A stretch of 63,099 nt of DNA, filler included, from Octopus bimaculoides (GCF_001194135.2; 5 parts of 4 records of this genome joined end to end with filler, not necessarily neighbours in it), one strand, 5' to 3'. Positions 13,096 through 25,212 are shown, counted from the whole stretch's first letter. Notes: a model not told the origin generated them from the sequence alone. Made by a program: numbers and translations.

Positions 13096-13545
13096 ATAAC
13101 GTTGTACATGGCGGCAAAAGGATTCCGGTGAGCCTTGCTGTTTGATTCATTGTCCTAGATCCCAGTGTTGAATTGGATCTTATTTAATGGACATCGAACA
13201 GAAAAAAAGATGATGTTGACCATGGCAAATTTGAACTCAGAAAATAAGTCCGAAAGAAGTACTGCTAAAAATTTTATCCAGCTCGCCGTTTCTGCTTGCT
13301 CGCCGTTTCTGCTTGCTCGCCATCCTATGGAGTGAGTATTAATAATAAACGAATTGAAACAGAATTAGTGCGAGTAGTTTTGTGTGCATAATGACCTTCC
13401 AAAGGACTCAGGAGAAGATAACTTTCTCCCGAAATATGATCATCGAAATGAGATATATGAATAACACCACCTAGTACTTTCTATCGTAGTAGAACTTTTC
13501 CTGTAAATTTCTTCAATATTCTATTTAGATAGACTTTTGGATGTA

Positions 13546-13815
13546 GAGTCGTATGGCCTAGTTGTTAGAGCAGCGGACTTGTGATCGAGGGATCGCGGGT
13601 TCAAATCGAAGACCAGGTGATGTGTGTTTATGAAGCCTCTACGCTGCTACGGCATAATGGCAGAAATTCTGCTGACTTTCTCGCCACAACTCTCTTCTAG
13701 CAGCGCACTTGTAACGGACCGATGTCCCATCCAGCTGGGGAACCTATATGCCAATAAAACCGGGAAACCAGCCCTTATGAGCTAAGCATTGCGCGAGAAG
13801 GAACAAACAACAACA
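13546..13815 (+). mobile_element. tRNA-derived SINE with gagaaggaacaaacaacaac tail
   Basis: A box tggcctagttgttag and B box ggttcaaatc; 3' part shared with 52905-53150. Confidence 0.75.
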
Positions 13816-13964
13816 TAGACTTTTGGGTATATTTAAGAAATAAACATTACCCGTGTGTAATTCAGAAACCCTCTCCCATTCCCGGCAAATAAGATCCGTC
13901 AAATAATTTAGGTGAAAGAGGTTTTCTTTTTGCAACAGGTATTTAATTATGAATTATTAGCCTA

Positions 13965-14093
13965 CGGTTGATTCAAAAGTCTCCGTACATAAGAACAATT
14001 TAGTTTTTTATAAGAAAGATTTTTTTTTTCATTGAACTGTTTCTTATAAAAATATAAATATTTTCTATGTATGGTGACTTTTGAATCACCCTG
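13965..14093. mobile_element. Tc1/mariner-type MITE, about 129 bp
   Basis: Imperfect TIRs c(a)gg(t/g)tgattcaaaagtc(t/a)cc(g/a)tacata with TA on both sides. Confidence 0.8.
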
Positions 14094-14265
14094 TATATAT
14101 TCTTTCCCTGTTTTTTCTGTGTTCCTTTCTGTCAAAGAGCGTAGGCTCGAAACATAAAAGACTTTCTCACTTCCAGTGAGCTAAACTAATACATTTGTTT
14201 GTTGTTTACACACCCATCTTCGTCTTTTCTTTGGAACTTAGAGCCCCTGGAATATGCGCGCGTGT

Positions 14266-14296
<31 letters not shown>

Positions 14297-15736
14297 CGTG
14301 TGTGTGTGTGTGTGTGTGTAGATGGATGGATGGATGGATATTGAAGCAACTACCCTTTAATATTACTCTCCACTCCTGTTGAAGAATCGTTTCCACTGGA
14401 TCCATGTCTTCATCTCTATCATTTCTAAGGCTTGAACTATTACTACTGATATTTTCATTGATTTGTTTTCTCTCTATGCTGTATTACGAGGTGCAGTTCA
14501 TAAAATTCGTTTACTTTTTTCTACAAAACAACAAGATTTTACTGAAAGATTGCAAGCAAAACCATTAACTTATAGTTACATTCCGTCTTCAGTAACTTCC
14601 TGTAACTCTTTGATGCTGCGACTGACTTTGTAACAGATTTATGATATGAAAACCAGACACAATAGAATATCAAATAAATGTTACACTTACTAAGGGTGAA
14701 AATTAACAGCAACCATTTTTGATATATCTCTGGAGATTTATTTCTATTTTCTGCCAAATATTTCCTTATAATTATACAGCAAAGAAAATTTTGGAGCATT
14801 GACACGCGAGATTCAGTACACATGTGGCGTTTAAAAAGATCAACGACAACAACAACATCAATAGCAATCTTCACAGAAACAACATAAAATGGCCGTACAT
14901 AAACTGCTATACAAGTAAATAGGAAAGTAGCAGAAGCAAAACGACAAATAAGAATTAAAACAACAGGACCTCCTACGAAGGGAAAATTTGTACAATTATT
15001 TTAAAATAACAATTTCCAGCAACCAAATATCTCGAAAATTATAGAGCCTCTAATACAAATAGCAACGAAATATATTATTTGTTCAACAAAATCACCGATG
15101 TAAGATGAAGACTGAGTTAAGAGAATGGTTATGGGAATATGAAACAGTTATATAAATAGATCATACATCAACAAGTAAACTTCATATACAATTTTGAAAC
15201 TTCAATGTTAAAACGTTTGGAAAGAAGGAAGGATTCTTGGAAGCCAAACCTTCTCGTTGTTTATTAAGAAAATATTTCAGAAAGATAAAGAAGTATTACA
15301 GAACAACCACGGAGGAATTAGGAAATATCTACAACAATATATAAATATATATAATAAATGGAAAAAAATGCATAGTAAATAAAACATTACATAAAAAGCG
15401 CACATGCATACAACCGGATGAGAGACAGACACTTCATCAGTCAGCAACCATATATATATATATAAGAGTATATAAGTTCTGTATGTTCTCTTCTGCCCAG
15501 AAACATTGAGGCATTATTGACATCCTCTCTGTCGTGACGTGTTCGTTGCTGGTGATGGCGTATTATTAATTTCATGGTCATTTTCTTTGTAATTTCTGAC
15601 TTTAAAGGCAGCCGCTGCTTTTTTGCCAGCATGTGTATTTTGATATACGTACACAGATGCATACATTCATACATACATTCAGGCATATATNNNNNNNNNN
15701 TACGTACACAGATGCATACATTCATACATACATGCA

Positions 15737-16190
15737 GGAATACTGGTGAAATATTCCCATAAAAAAACGTCTATCAATGTAAACATAACATGCCGGATAT
15801 TGTTGTTTGGGACAGAGGGGCAAAGGTATGTACCATCATAGAGGTCAGCTGCCCTGCAGATATAAACGTCTCTTTGAAAATCAAAGACAAAGAGGATATC
15901 TATGGACAACTGCTTCGAAACCACCAGCTTCTATATCAAGTCTGAATTCATATTCATACCAATAATAATTGGAGCACTAGGTTTTGCTAGTAAGTGCTTA
16001 AATGAGAATCTGGTTAAATTGGGATTTTCAGAAAAAGAATGTGTACGTTACAGTAAAAATATGCAAGACTTTTCTCAAGTTCTAAATGTGAATTTGTGTT
16101 AACTACATCCCAAAGATGGAGCCTTGTATGTTTGTTTCAAACCGGCTCCCTCCTCAGTGGAAGATTTATAATATTTTAAAATAGAAGAGA
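15737..16190 (+). mobile_element. R4/Dong-like non-LTR retrotransposon 3' end (restriction-like endonuclease)
   Basis: HNMPDIVVWDRGAKVCTIIEVSCPADINVSLKIKDKEDIYGQLLRN then FIFIPIIIGALG (PD-(D/E)xK REL motif); 3' stem ggagcc...ggctcc; TACA-type repeats on both sides. Confidence 0.85.
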
Positions 16191-17189
16191 CACACATACA
16201 CATAAACACATACTTACCTACATATATACATACATACAATACGTAATTTGGTATGTATTTTACCGATACTTTCTCATAACGTATCAAGTTGAAGCAATAA
16301 TTACAACCCTCTTGAAAAAAAAGCAACGTTTTCCCCCACGTCGTTTGAAGTCAGAAGAAACTGATGTATACATTGCAGACCATTCTACCATTTATACGAT
16401 TATTCACTGTATTTAAAAACTCTGTAAATATCTTGATATCACTTCAAGGATATAACAGAAAACAAAATTGAAGACTACTTGACTACTGGCCATTCCGCTG
16501 TCTGTCAGCACTGTATCTGCTGTCAGATAATTTAATGCTGAAGTCAAAAGTTGTACAAGAATAGAAATACGATATGCCCTGATTACCATTCTTTACTGCA
16601 TACGATTACACATTATATCGTTTATAAAAGACGTGACATACAATGACATACTTTTACGATACACGTTATAAAATCGCTGAGTCACCTGAAGCTATTATTT
16701 GACCAATTGCAACATAATCTGGTCGTTTGTTAGCTATATGATCTCAAAAGTATCAATGAGGTTTCTGGGCAGCTGAAATCTAAAACACGGTAATAATAAA
16801 ATAAAACGCAGATAAAATTTCCTGTATCCGAAACTTTACCAAATATATGAATATATGAAATCAATGTGCAATATAATATTAGTCATGTTTGCTTGGGGAA
16901 CTTCATAGATAAAACTATTTAAATTAAATTTCTTTTGCTGAAGTGATCTGCTGAAAATTATGAAACAAATATGATTGCTCTGATACAGAGGAATAGCGAT
17001 ACGTTTTAGTAAATCGTACATTAAAATTATAAAGAATGTATGAAATATAAACGCAAGTATGAGATGCAAAGTAATATAGGAACTTAAATTGTAATTAGCT
17101 CCTGTTTAGACTAAAGATTAAAGAGTGGCGTTCGTATTAGTACTTAGAGAAGCACGTGATGATGTCAGTCAATATGTACAGAGCGGGTA

Positions 17190-17398
17190 AAGCAGCAGGG
17201 TGGCAGATTCGTAGTCGCACCGAAAGACTGCTTGGTGGCATTTCTTTCGTTTTGCATCCAAATACCGCGTAGGTCTGCTATGCTTTTAATCCTTTCAAGG
17301 TCAATGAAATAAGTACCAGTTGAGTACTGGGGTCGATGTAATCGATTTCCCACCTCCCCCACAACTGATGGCCTTGTACCAAAATTTGAAGCCAATCT
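17190..17398 (+). mobile_element. tRNA-derived SINE family C
   Basis: tggcagattcgtag head ... aaataagtaccagttgagtactggggtcgatgtaatcga ... ggccttgtaccaaaatttgaagcc tail. Confidence 0.75.
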
Positions 17399-17956
17399 GT
17401 ATACAGAAAGTAATACAGCACTTTGTTTTTAATTGAAGTCCGCACGAATTTATATACGCACACAGACACACACACATACACACACACATACACACACACA
17501 CACACACACANNNNNNNNNNNNNNNNNNNNNNNNNNNNNNNNNNNNNNNNNNNNNNNNNNNNNNNNNNNNNNNNNNNNNNNNNNNNNNNNNNNNNNNNNN
17601 NNNNNNNNNNNNNNNNNNNNNNNNNNNNNNNNNNNNNNNNNNNNNNNNNNNNNNNNNNNNNNNNNNNNNNNNNNNNNNNNNNNNNNNNNNNNNNNNNNNN
17701 NNNNNNNNNNNNNNNNNNNNNNNNNNNNNNNNNNNNNNNNNNNNNNNNNNNNNNNNNNNNNNNNNNNNNNNNNNNNNNNNNNNNNNNNNNNNNNNNNNNN
17801 NNNNNNNNNNNNNNNNNNNNNNNNNNNNNNNNNNNNNNNNNNNNNNNNNNNNNNNATATATATATATATAGTAATAATATTAGTGAATAAAAATTATTCC
17901 AACCTTACAGGTAAAATTCAGTATAATATTCGTAATATATAATATATCTGTATATA

Positions 17957-18297
17957 ACTAATTTAGAGACGAACCACCACTCTACAACTCAGTCAACAAA
18001 TAACCCGTCCAAAACAATGCTGTGAGACATATACCATATAAATACTTATTTAAGATTTTAATCTAAAATTTTAAGAACTTTAATAATATATTATATATCA
18101 TACAAAGAAACATTTATCATAAAAAATATTAATCTAAAAATCAAGTAAAGTGTAAATCGGACAGTAAAAATTAATACAATAATATAATGTATAAAAGTAT
18201 AAAGTATAAAAGTCAGTACTTGTATTTCTCTCAGCATGGTTTTGGACGGGTTGTTCGTTGATTCAGTTGTAGAGTGGTGGTTCGTCTCTAAATCAGT
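17957..18297. mobile_element. Foldback/MITE with about 76-bp imperfect terminal inverted repeats, in TA-rich context
   Basis: 17957-18032 (actaatttagagacgaaccaccactctacaact...) is the reverse complement of 18222-18297 with a few mismatches; AT-rich core. Confidence 0.85.
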
Positions 18298-18440
18298 TAT
18301 ATATATATATATATATATCTGCATATGTACATATATTAATAATAATAATAATATGACAACAAAAGAATGAATGAGACCTCGATATTATGGAAAATAGACG
18401 AATTCATCTATAAGTATATGTGACAATTAGCTGGTTGCCA

Positions 18441-18503
18441 TAATAAAACACAGAGTTTCGGATGCCGGGGCTGAATTCTGCTCCGGCATCTCATCTGTTA
18501 TTA
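18441..18503 (-). ncRNA. Hammerhead ribozyme motif copy 1 (core variant CAGATGA)
   Basis: Minus: taataa CAGATGA gatgccgg-agcagaattcagcc-ccggcatc c GAAA c-tctgt-g TT ttatta; U4 substituted. Confidence 0.7.
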
Positions 18504-18516
18504 TTTGTGCTTGTTT

Positions 18517-18579
18517 TAATAACTGATGAGATGCCGGAGTAGACATCAGCCCCAGCATCCGAAACTTTGAGTTCTATTA
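18517..18579 (+). ncRNA. Hammerhead ribozyme motif copy 2 (canonical core)
   Basis: taataa CTGATGA gatgccgg-agtagacatcagcc-ccagcatc c GAAA ctttgag TT ctatta; stems I and II pair by eye. Confidence 0.75.
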
Positions 18580-18594
18580 TGTGACAGTTAGTTG

Positions 18595-18659
18595 TAATAA
18601 AACACACAGTTTCGGACACCGGGGCTGAATTCTGCTGCGGCATCTTATCAGTTTTATTA
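18595..18659 (-). ncRNA. Hammerhead ribozyme motif copy 3 (core variant CTGATAA)
   Basis: Minus: taataaaa CTGATAA gatgccgc...ccggtgtc c GAAA ctgtgtg TT ttatta; G8 substituted. Confidence 0.65.
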
Positions 18660-18688
18660 ATTGTCACATATTATATATATATATACAT

Positions 18689-18742
<54 letters not shown>

Positions 18743-20389
18743 TTTCAAAAACCTTCAATAATCTCTTCACATTCATTCAAGTAACCATTTGAAGCAGCAT
18801 CCTAGATCATGTCTATTGAACAGCACAGGGTTACTGAAATATTTGAGGCCCCGTGTGTGTTCTGCCTGTGTTTTGTTGAAAGACAGTCTTTCAGTTGTAA
18901 TGATAATACTGGATGAAAGATTTATTTTCACAAAATTGCCAAAGCTAGCATTCGTGTTAGGACTAAAGATAATTTAGTTTATAATGCTGTAGCCCTTATA
19001 TAATGCATCCATAGAAATGTTGTGAAGCATTTTTTATGTTTTCACTGCATCGCAAGTTTGTTATGCCTATTATTTTCAAAGATGTCATACATAATACTCA
19101 AGAACTTCTAAATTCTTCCATAGCATGCAATAAAGTTTGCGTCGCACTTTTATCCACATGAAGAGTAATCTGCCTAAGCTTCTTATTAAGCAAATTATAA
19201 TAATTAACAACAAACCTTTAATTGTTTATCCTATTAGTCTTCCGTTCTATTATCAACTTTAAATACTAAAAAAAAAACCAATATGTCGGAATCTAATGCT
19301 GCAGTAGAGCTTGGACGCAGCAGTAAAATAAGAAATATATTTTTTTTAAATGCGCCTACTTCAGTTACTTTTTCCTTCACACCAACACTCGAAACTTTTG
19401 TGATTTTATTCTTATATATGCCCAGCATTTTAGCCATACATGTTGTGAGATAAGACCATATATTCAAGAAAATTATGGATCAGATTACAATTACCCGAAC
19501 ACATAAAATTCCTCAAGCTATATTTTCATGTTCTTTGCGATCCTGAAATGAATGTACAATTTTAGAACAATACTTTTAAAGGCAAATTACATTTTTTATG
19601 GCAAACATGTTCCTTTGTATAAAATACTGACTACAAAAATTTACAAGTTTAGCGCAATTTTAACCGAAAAAAACATTGATGTATTTGCCATAGAGTTTAC
19701 TTGCATTGTCAGCAATCTGAGTAGATTTTTATGCATTGCACTCATGGCGTCTCTAATTAAGTTAGTATTAATTTGTTATTAATTTGTTATTTCTTCTAAT
19801 GATTCGCTGCTGATTAAGTCAAGTAAGCCACGTCACATTCCCATCTGAAAATGACAGTACTCAAAAGTATTCGGAAACACTGGATTCAACCATTTTTTAA
19901 AGATTCAGGAAGAGCAAAGCCAATTCTTTGATATAATCCGCATCACTAGAATATTCTCTCAAAGAGATTATATTTTAGGATTTTCCAGATATTCTTGAGT
20001 AATATCCACTATTGAAAATTCCCTGTCACAGATGATGCACTGCGACGTGGAACACTTGACATAGATGTTAGTTTGTTATAAAACTGAAGACTCAGAGGCC
20101 TGGAATCTAATTCGATCTGCATAACTTATAACGTATCTCACGATAGCCAGATTGTGATTTCAATTCCCAAACCGGATGCTGCATTGAGTTCTTGAGTGAA
20201 ACAGTTCGTTTCACTCAGTTGTAAACGAGTACCCCACGATGGATTGGTGTCGAGTTCAGTACATATGTTATGATTTCGATCACTTATATTATATGTGAAC
20301 CAGGCAATCTGCTTCTGAGTGCCAGAATTTAAGACAATATTATTTTACTAATATGCGAGCGATATTGCAATATTCCTCACCACCGAACA

Positions 20390-20565
20390 GAACACTGACC
20401 CGTCACCAGAAGTCACCTTCGCAGCTATGACTAAAACTCAGTGAATTGGAGGAACATGAAATTAGGTCTTTTGCTCAAAAACACAACGTATACTCCGATC
20501 CGGGTATCGAAACCATGATGGCAAGGTCGTGAACGCAGCAACCTAACCACTAGGCGATGTACCGT
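20390..20565 (-). mobile_element. Degenerate tRNA-SINE 5' part
   Basis: Minus: cgcctagtggttaggttgctgcgttcacgac...ggtttcgatacc ... ttgagcaaaagacc. Confidence 0.6.
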
Positions 20566-20639
20566 CATCAAGACAGTTCTACAGCCAAAATATTTGTTTC
20601 AAATTTCAGCATAGCGTCAGTAATTATGAAGGGAAGTGT

Positions 20640-20780
20640 AAGCCGTTTACATCTACCCAAGTAATCAACTGGTACTTATTTTATCGGTCTGGAAAGTATG
20701 AAAGGTAGAATCAACCTCGGCGGAATTTGAGCTCAAAACGTTAAAGCATTTTACCCGGCGTGCTAACGTTTCAGACATCT
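20640..20780 (-). mobile_element. SINE family C fragment
   Basis: ctggtacttattttatcgg...gaaaggtagaatcaacctcggcggaatttgagctc...ccggcgtgctaacg. Confidence 0.7.
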
Positions 20781-21547
20781 CGATGCCTTATCTACAGCCA
20801 ACATGTAATCAAGCTCTTAAACAGAAATGCTGACGTAATACAACGGCAATATTTATGGTGAAACCGTTCAGCATTTCGTACCACTCTAAAATTTCCCTTG
20901 TTGTTAATCTCTACCTCAAAACAGCACAGCATTGTACAGAGTAACGTGAAAATAATCTTCTGCATTTCCGAAAAAGACAACCTAGATACGTTGCTCCGTT
21001 TAGCGTAACGTGCAAACTCTGCCTTCAAGCATTTCTTCAAGGATTTGTAATGCCAACTAAAGATAGACAACTCGTCCCTAACTCTTTATACTGTTTTACT
21101 CTTCGTGTATTTCGCTAACGAATCTTATACAGCGCAAAGAGACAGCAAGTTACTGGCTGGTTTTAATCTTCAAAATGAACAACCTAAAATATATTATCAT
21201 ATTTTAACAGTCTTTCTACATGTATATGTATCTAATTCACTTTGACGATGTTATAATTATATATAGGAAGGTGGTGTGGTGGAAGAGTCGGTAGTACGTC
21301 AGACAAAACGTTTAGCTGCATTTGTTTCAACTCATTACGTGGAGTATGACATTGCTTGTTATCCATTTGAAGCTGATGACATAAGTATCAGTCAAGCACT
21401 GGGGGTTAAAGTAGTCGAATTGTTCTCTTCCTATCAAATTTGCAAGTCTTAAACCAGTAGTTTAAAAGAATTTTTATAATATATAGACAGCTGAGTTCGA
21501 AAAATTTCATCGGCAAAAACACAAATACGTTTATCAATTTCATAGTA

Positions 21548-21674
21548 CAGGGTGTCCACAAGGTCTGGGTACATGGAATAAGTAAAATCATGATATAAAC
21601 AATTAAATATATGAAATAATAATTTCTTAAAGTATGTGTTATTCCCCATGTACCCAGACTTTGTGGACACCCTG
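21548..21674. mobile_element. Tc1/mariner-type MITE, 127 bp
   Basis: TIR CAGGGTGTCCACAA(G/A)GTCTGGGTACATGG with one mismatch; TA at 21546-47 and 21675-76. Confidence 0.92.
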
Positions 21675-21971
21675 TATATTTGTGACAAATGAAATTCTTT
21701 TATAATAAAAAGAACAAAATTAAAGACAAGATCATCTGCAGCTGAAGTAACTTTGCTTATTGTGTAAGTGTGACATTTTTATATGTATTAAGAATAAATA
21801 TGCGATTTTCAGATCTTGGTGTTTGCTGTACGGCTGCAGATATATTGTCGGTTATCAGATATCAGCAATATTTAGTGAATAGTTAGTTCAACGAATTTAT
21901 AGATAAAGGGATCGGCTCTTGTTTAGACTCCAAGTTACGAGTGCTTATGTCAGATAAGATATAAAAAAAAC

Positions 21972-22293
21972 TGGCCCTCCGTCCGTTACGACGACGAGGT
22001 CTCCAGTTGATCTGAACAACGTATCAGCCTGCTCGTAAAAGAAACGTGCAAGTGAAAGAGCATTCCACAGACACACGTAGACTTAACGTAGTTCTCAGGG
22101 GGATTCGGTGTCGCAAATATGGTGACAAGATTGACACTTTGACTCTTTTTTGCCGTTTGACAGGACTAGCAAAAAAGAACACCGAAGACTGGAATAACGT
22201 GAAATAAAGTGTGTTACCCAAGGAAAAAAAAACATGTTGCCAGGAATCGAACTCACGACCTTACGATTGTGAGCTAAATGCCCTAACTACTAA
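21972..22293 (-). mobile_element. tRNA-derived SINE family A
   Basis: Shares the body gcattccacagacacacgtagacttaacgtagttctc and the B box gagttcgattcc with other copies. Confidence 0.8.
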
Positions 22294-22678
22294 CTTATGC
22301 ACCTTTACTTGACTGCCGAGATGCATGTCGGAACACCTAGGTCCTTGAATCGCTTGCACCAAGGCGTCGAGTGTGTTACGAACACATTCTCGTTGGAAAA
22401 AGGAGAAACTGCTCTCCCGTGGCGTGCACAACATCGATTGGCCTATTTGCGTTCGAATCAGCCAGACCGTTTGAAGAATAAATATGCATGTCATCATTGT
22501 TACTGGCAATTAGATAGCAGCATTCGATAAAAGAAGTGCACAGTGTCATGTTCGTTTCGCAGAGATCTACAACCAATCAATGAACAAGCACACAGACACA
22601 CAAGCACACACGCATAAGCACATACACACACACATACATAGATACATACATGCATACATACAAACATACATAGATACA

Positions 22679-22711
<33 letters not shown>

Positions 22712-23404
22712 GAGCGTGTTTGTATATGTGTTTTTTGTGTGTGCGTGCGTGCATATATGTGTACGTACCTATTTGATGGATAGATAGATAGATAGATAGA
22801 TACATACATACATACATACACACTTTTTATATAGGTTTTGTAATTTTAATGCTGTCCTGAAGTTTGAAGTGTATAGCAATTATAATTTTCAAGGAAATGA
22901 ATAATTAATAACCTGTTAGGGATTTCACATGCCAATGTAGCATATCATAAATGAAGTTTTAAATAGAATTTAAGCTATATTCTTTACAAATAATCTTAAA
23001 CACATAAAACATAATCACTGCTCGTAAATATCAATCGGTATATAATTTCTGAAAATAACATTGATATATGTATACATATTCATTATATTTTATTTGGTAT
23101 TTTCATAACATCAGGTGATTGCGAGGTTTTCTTTGAAGCAGTGGTGTCATAGATTCGATTCCTTGCCTGTACCTTCACCAAAACACTGGCAGGATTTACC
23201 ATGGTACATAGATCTTTTTACGAATGTTTTGATAGGGAAATGCTTTCATGAGGGTTTTTGTGGGGTACAAAGAGGTGCATGACGCGCAATTGTTAGATTT
23301 TTGGCCGATGATTTATAAACGATGAGCATGTTCACATCTCATGGATGTGATTGTTACGTGTCTTTCTTTATTGTCCTGTTGTGCTGAATTCTTTACGCAT
23401 ATAT

Positions 23405-23406
<2 letters not shown>

Positions 23407-23443
<37 letters not shown>

Positions 23444-23660
23444 GTTTAACGTCCGCTTTCCATGCTAGCATGGGTTGGACGATTTGACTCAGGACTGGTG
23501 AAACCGGATGGCAACACCAGGCTCCAGTCTGATTTGGCAGAGTTTCTACAGCTGGATGCCCTTCCTAACGCCAACCACTCAGAGAGTGTAGTGGGTGCTT
23601 TTACGTGTCACCCGCACGAAAACGGCCACGCTCGAAATGGTGTATTTTATGTGCCACCCG
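23407..23660 (-). mobile_element. RTE-type 3' tail (LINE or SINE) ending in (GAT)n
   Basis: Minus: ggcgttaggaagggcatccagctgtagaaactctgcc...aacccatgctagcatggaaagcggacgttaaacgatgatgat; same as 34420 and 39660. Confidence 0.85.
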
Positions 23661-23704
23661 NNNNNNNNNNNNNNNNNNNNNNNNNNNNNNNNNNNNNNNN
23701 NNNN

Positions 23705-23716
23705 TTAATTAATTAA
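23705..23716. other. Assembly spacer TTAATTAATTAA
   Basis: N-flanked six-frame-stop motif. Confidence 0.9.
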
Positions 23717-23760
23717 NNNNNNNNNNNNNNNNNNNNNNNNNNNNNNNNNNNNNNNNNNNN

Positions 23761-23793
<33 letters not shown>

Positions 23794-23867
23794 AAGCAAA
23801 AACAGGGCGACGATGACGACGATGTTGAAGTGGAAGAGGAAGACGACGATGTTGATGGTGATGACAG

Positions 23868-23908
<41 letters not shown>

Positions 23909-24060
23909 GTGATGACGTCGACGACGAAATCTACGTCGATGATAATGATTGATAATGACAGATAATGATTAATATTGATGATAATGATGATAATAATGAT
24001 GATGGTGAGGATGATGATGATGATGATGATGATGACGATGTTGATAATGATGACGATGCA
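23761..24060. repeat. Imperfect (GAT)n triplet tract
   Basis: Direct observation. Confidence 0.9.
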
Positions 24061-24625
24061 GTTTCTCTCTGTTGTTAAACGCCGATTGTTCTGCAGCTTC
24101 GCCTGTTGTTTCATTGAAAGCCGTGGCAAATGCACTTTCTGCAATCGAGCCAATTGCTGCATCTGAAGCTGTTGCTGCTTCTGCTGCTTCTGCTGCTACT
24201 GCAACTGCTACCACTGCTACCGCTGCTGCTGCTGCTGCTGCAGCTATTTTGTTGAGGTTCTTTGCAGTTGCTTATTACAGTCCAACTGACTTTTCTTCCA
24301 GCCGTCGTCGCCGTCGTCAGCGTCAGCGTCATCATCGTTGTGAAGATTCTTTCTAAGCCCCCACCTTTCAAACTTCATGATTACAGACGTTCCAGTCGTG
24401 ACCATCCTCTAATATTTATCGTCCACAGCATTTCTGGGAATACGGTAGGCTGTGTCGAGGTAAGCATAAAATCCACCAGCACCACCGCCACCGCCGCCGC
24501 CACCGCCTTGTGCGTAGTGCTCACCGTGAAGGGCCGGAGAAAATTATCGCTGAGAAGCCGCACAGAAATTGTTTGAAATCGAATAGCTCTCGTTGGACCA
24601 CCAAAGTCCGAATTGTGACTTTGTT

Positions 24626-25212
24626 GCCACGTCACATCTCTACCACGTCACATTTCTGCCACGTTACATCTCTGTCACGTCACATCTCTGCTGCGTCACA
24701 TCTCTTCCACGTCACATCTCTGCCACGTCACATCTCTGTCACGTCACATCTCTGCTNNNNNNNNNNNNNNNNNNNNNNNNNNNNNNNNNNNNNNNNNNNN
24801 NNNNNNNNNNNNNNNNNNNNNNNNNNNNNNNNNNNNNNNNNNNNNNNNNNNNNNNNNNNNNNNNNNNNNNNNNNNNNNNNNNNNNNNNNNNNNNNNNNNN
24901 NNNNNNNNNNNNNNNNNNNNNNNNNNNNNNNNNNNNNNNNNNNNNNNNNNNNNNNNNNNNNNNNNNNNNNNNNNNNNNNNNNNNNNNNNNNNNNNNNNNN
25001 NNNNNNNNNNNNNNNNNNNNNNNNNNNNNNNNNNNNNNNNNNNNNNNNNNNNNNNNNNNNNNNNNNNNNNNNNNNNNNNNNNNNNNNNNNNNNNNNNNNN
25101 NNNNNNNNNNNNNNNNNNNNTGCGTCACATCTCTTCCACGTCACATCTCTGCCACGTCACATCTCTGTCACGTCACATCTCTGCTGCGTCACATCTCTGT
25201 CACGTGGGTCAC
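24626..25212. repeat. 16-bp minisatellite (gccacgtcacatctct) with a 4-unit higher-order cycle, gap in the middle
   Basis: Unit variants gct-, tcc-, gcc-, gtc- recur in the same order on both sides of the gap. Confidence 0.9.

Noticed and set aside
13280-13322. 17-bp tandem triplication gctcgccgtttctgctt
   Set aside because: Local slippage at the end of a degenerate SINE; no further significance evident.
16350-16790. Two minus-strand pseudo-exons with plausible acceptors
   Set aside because: The frames contain internal stops and no recognisable domain.
24626-25212. CRISPR-like array
   Set aside because: Units are directly adjacent with no unique spacers; eukaryotic context and no cas genes.
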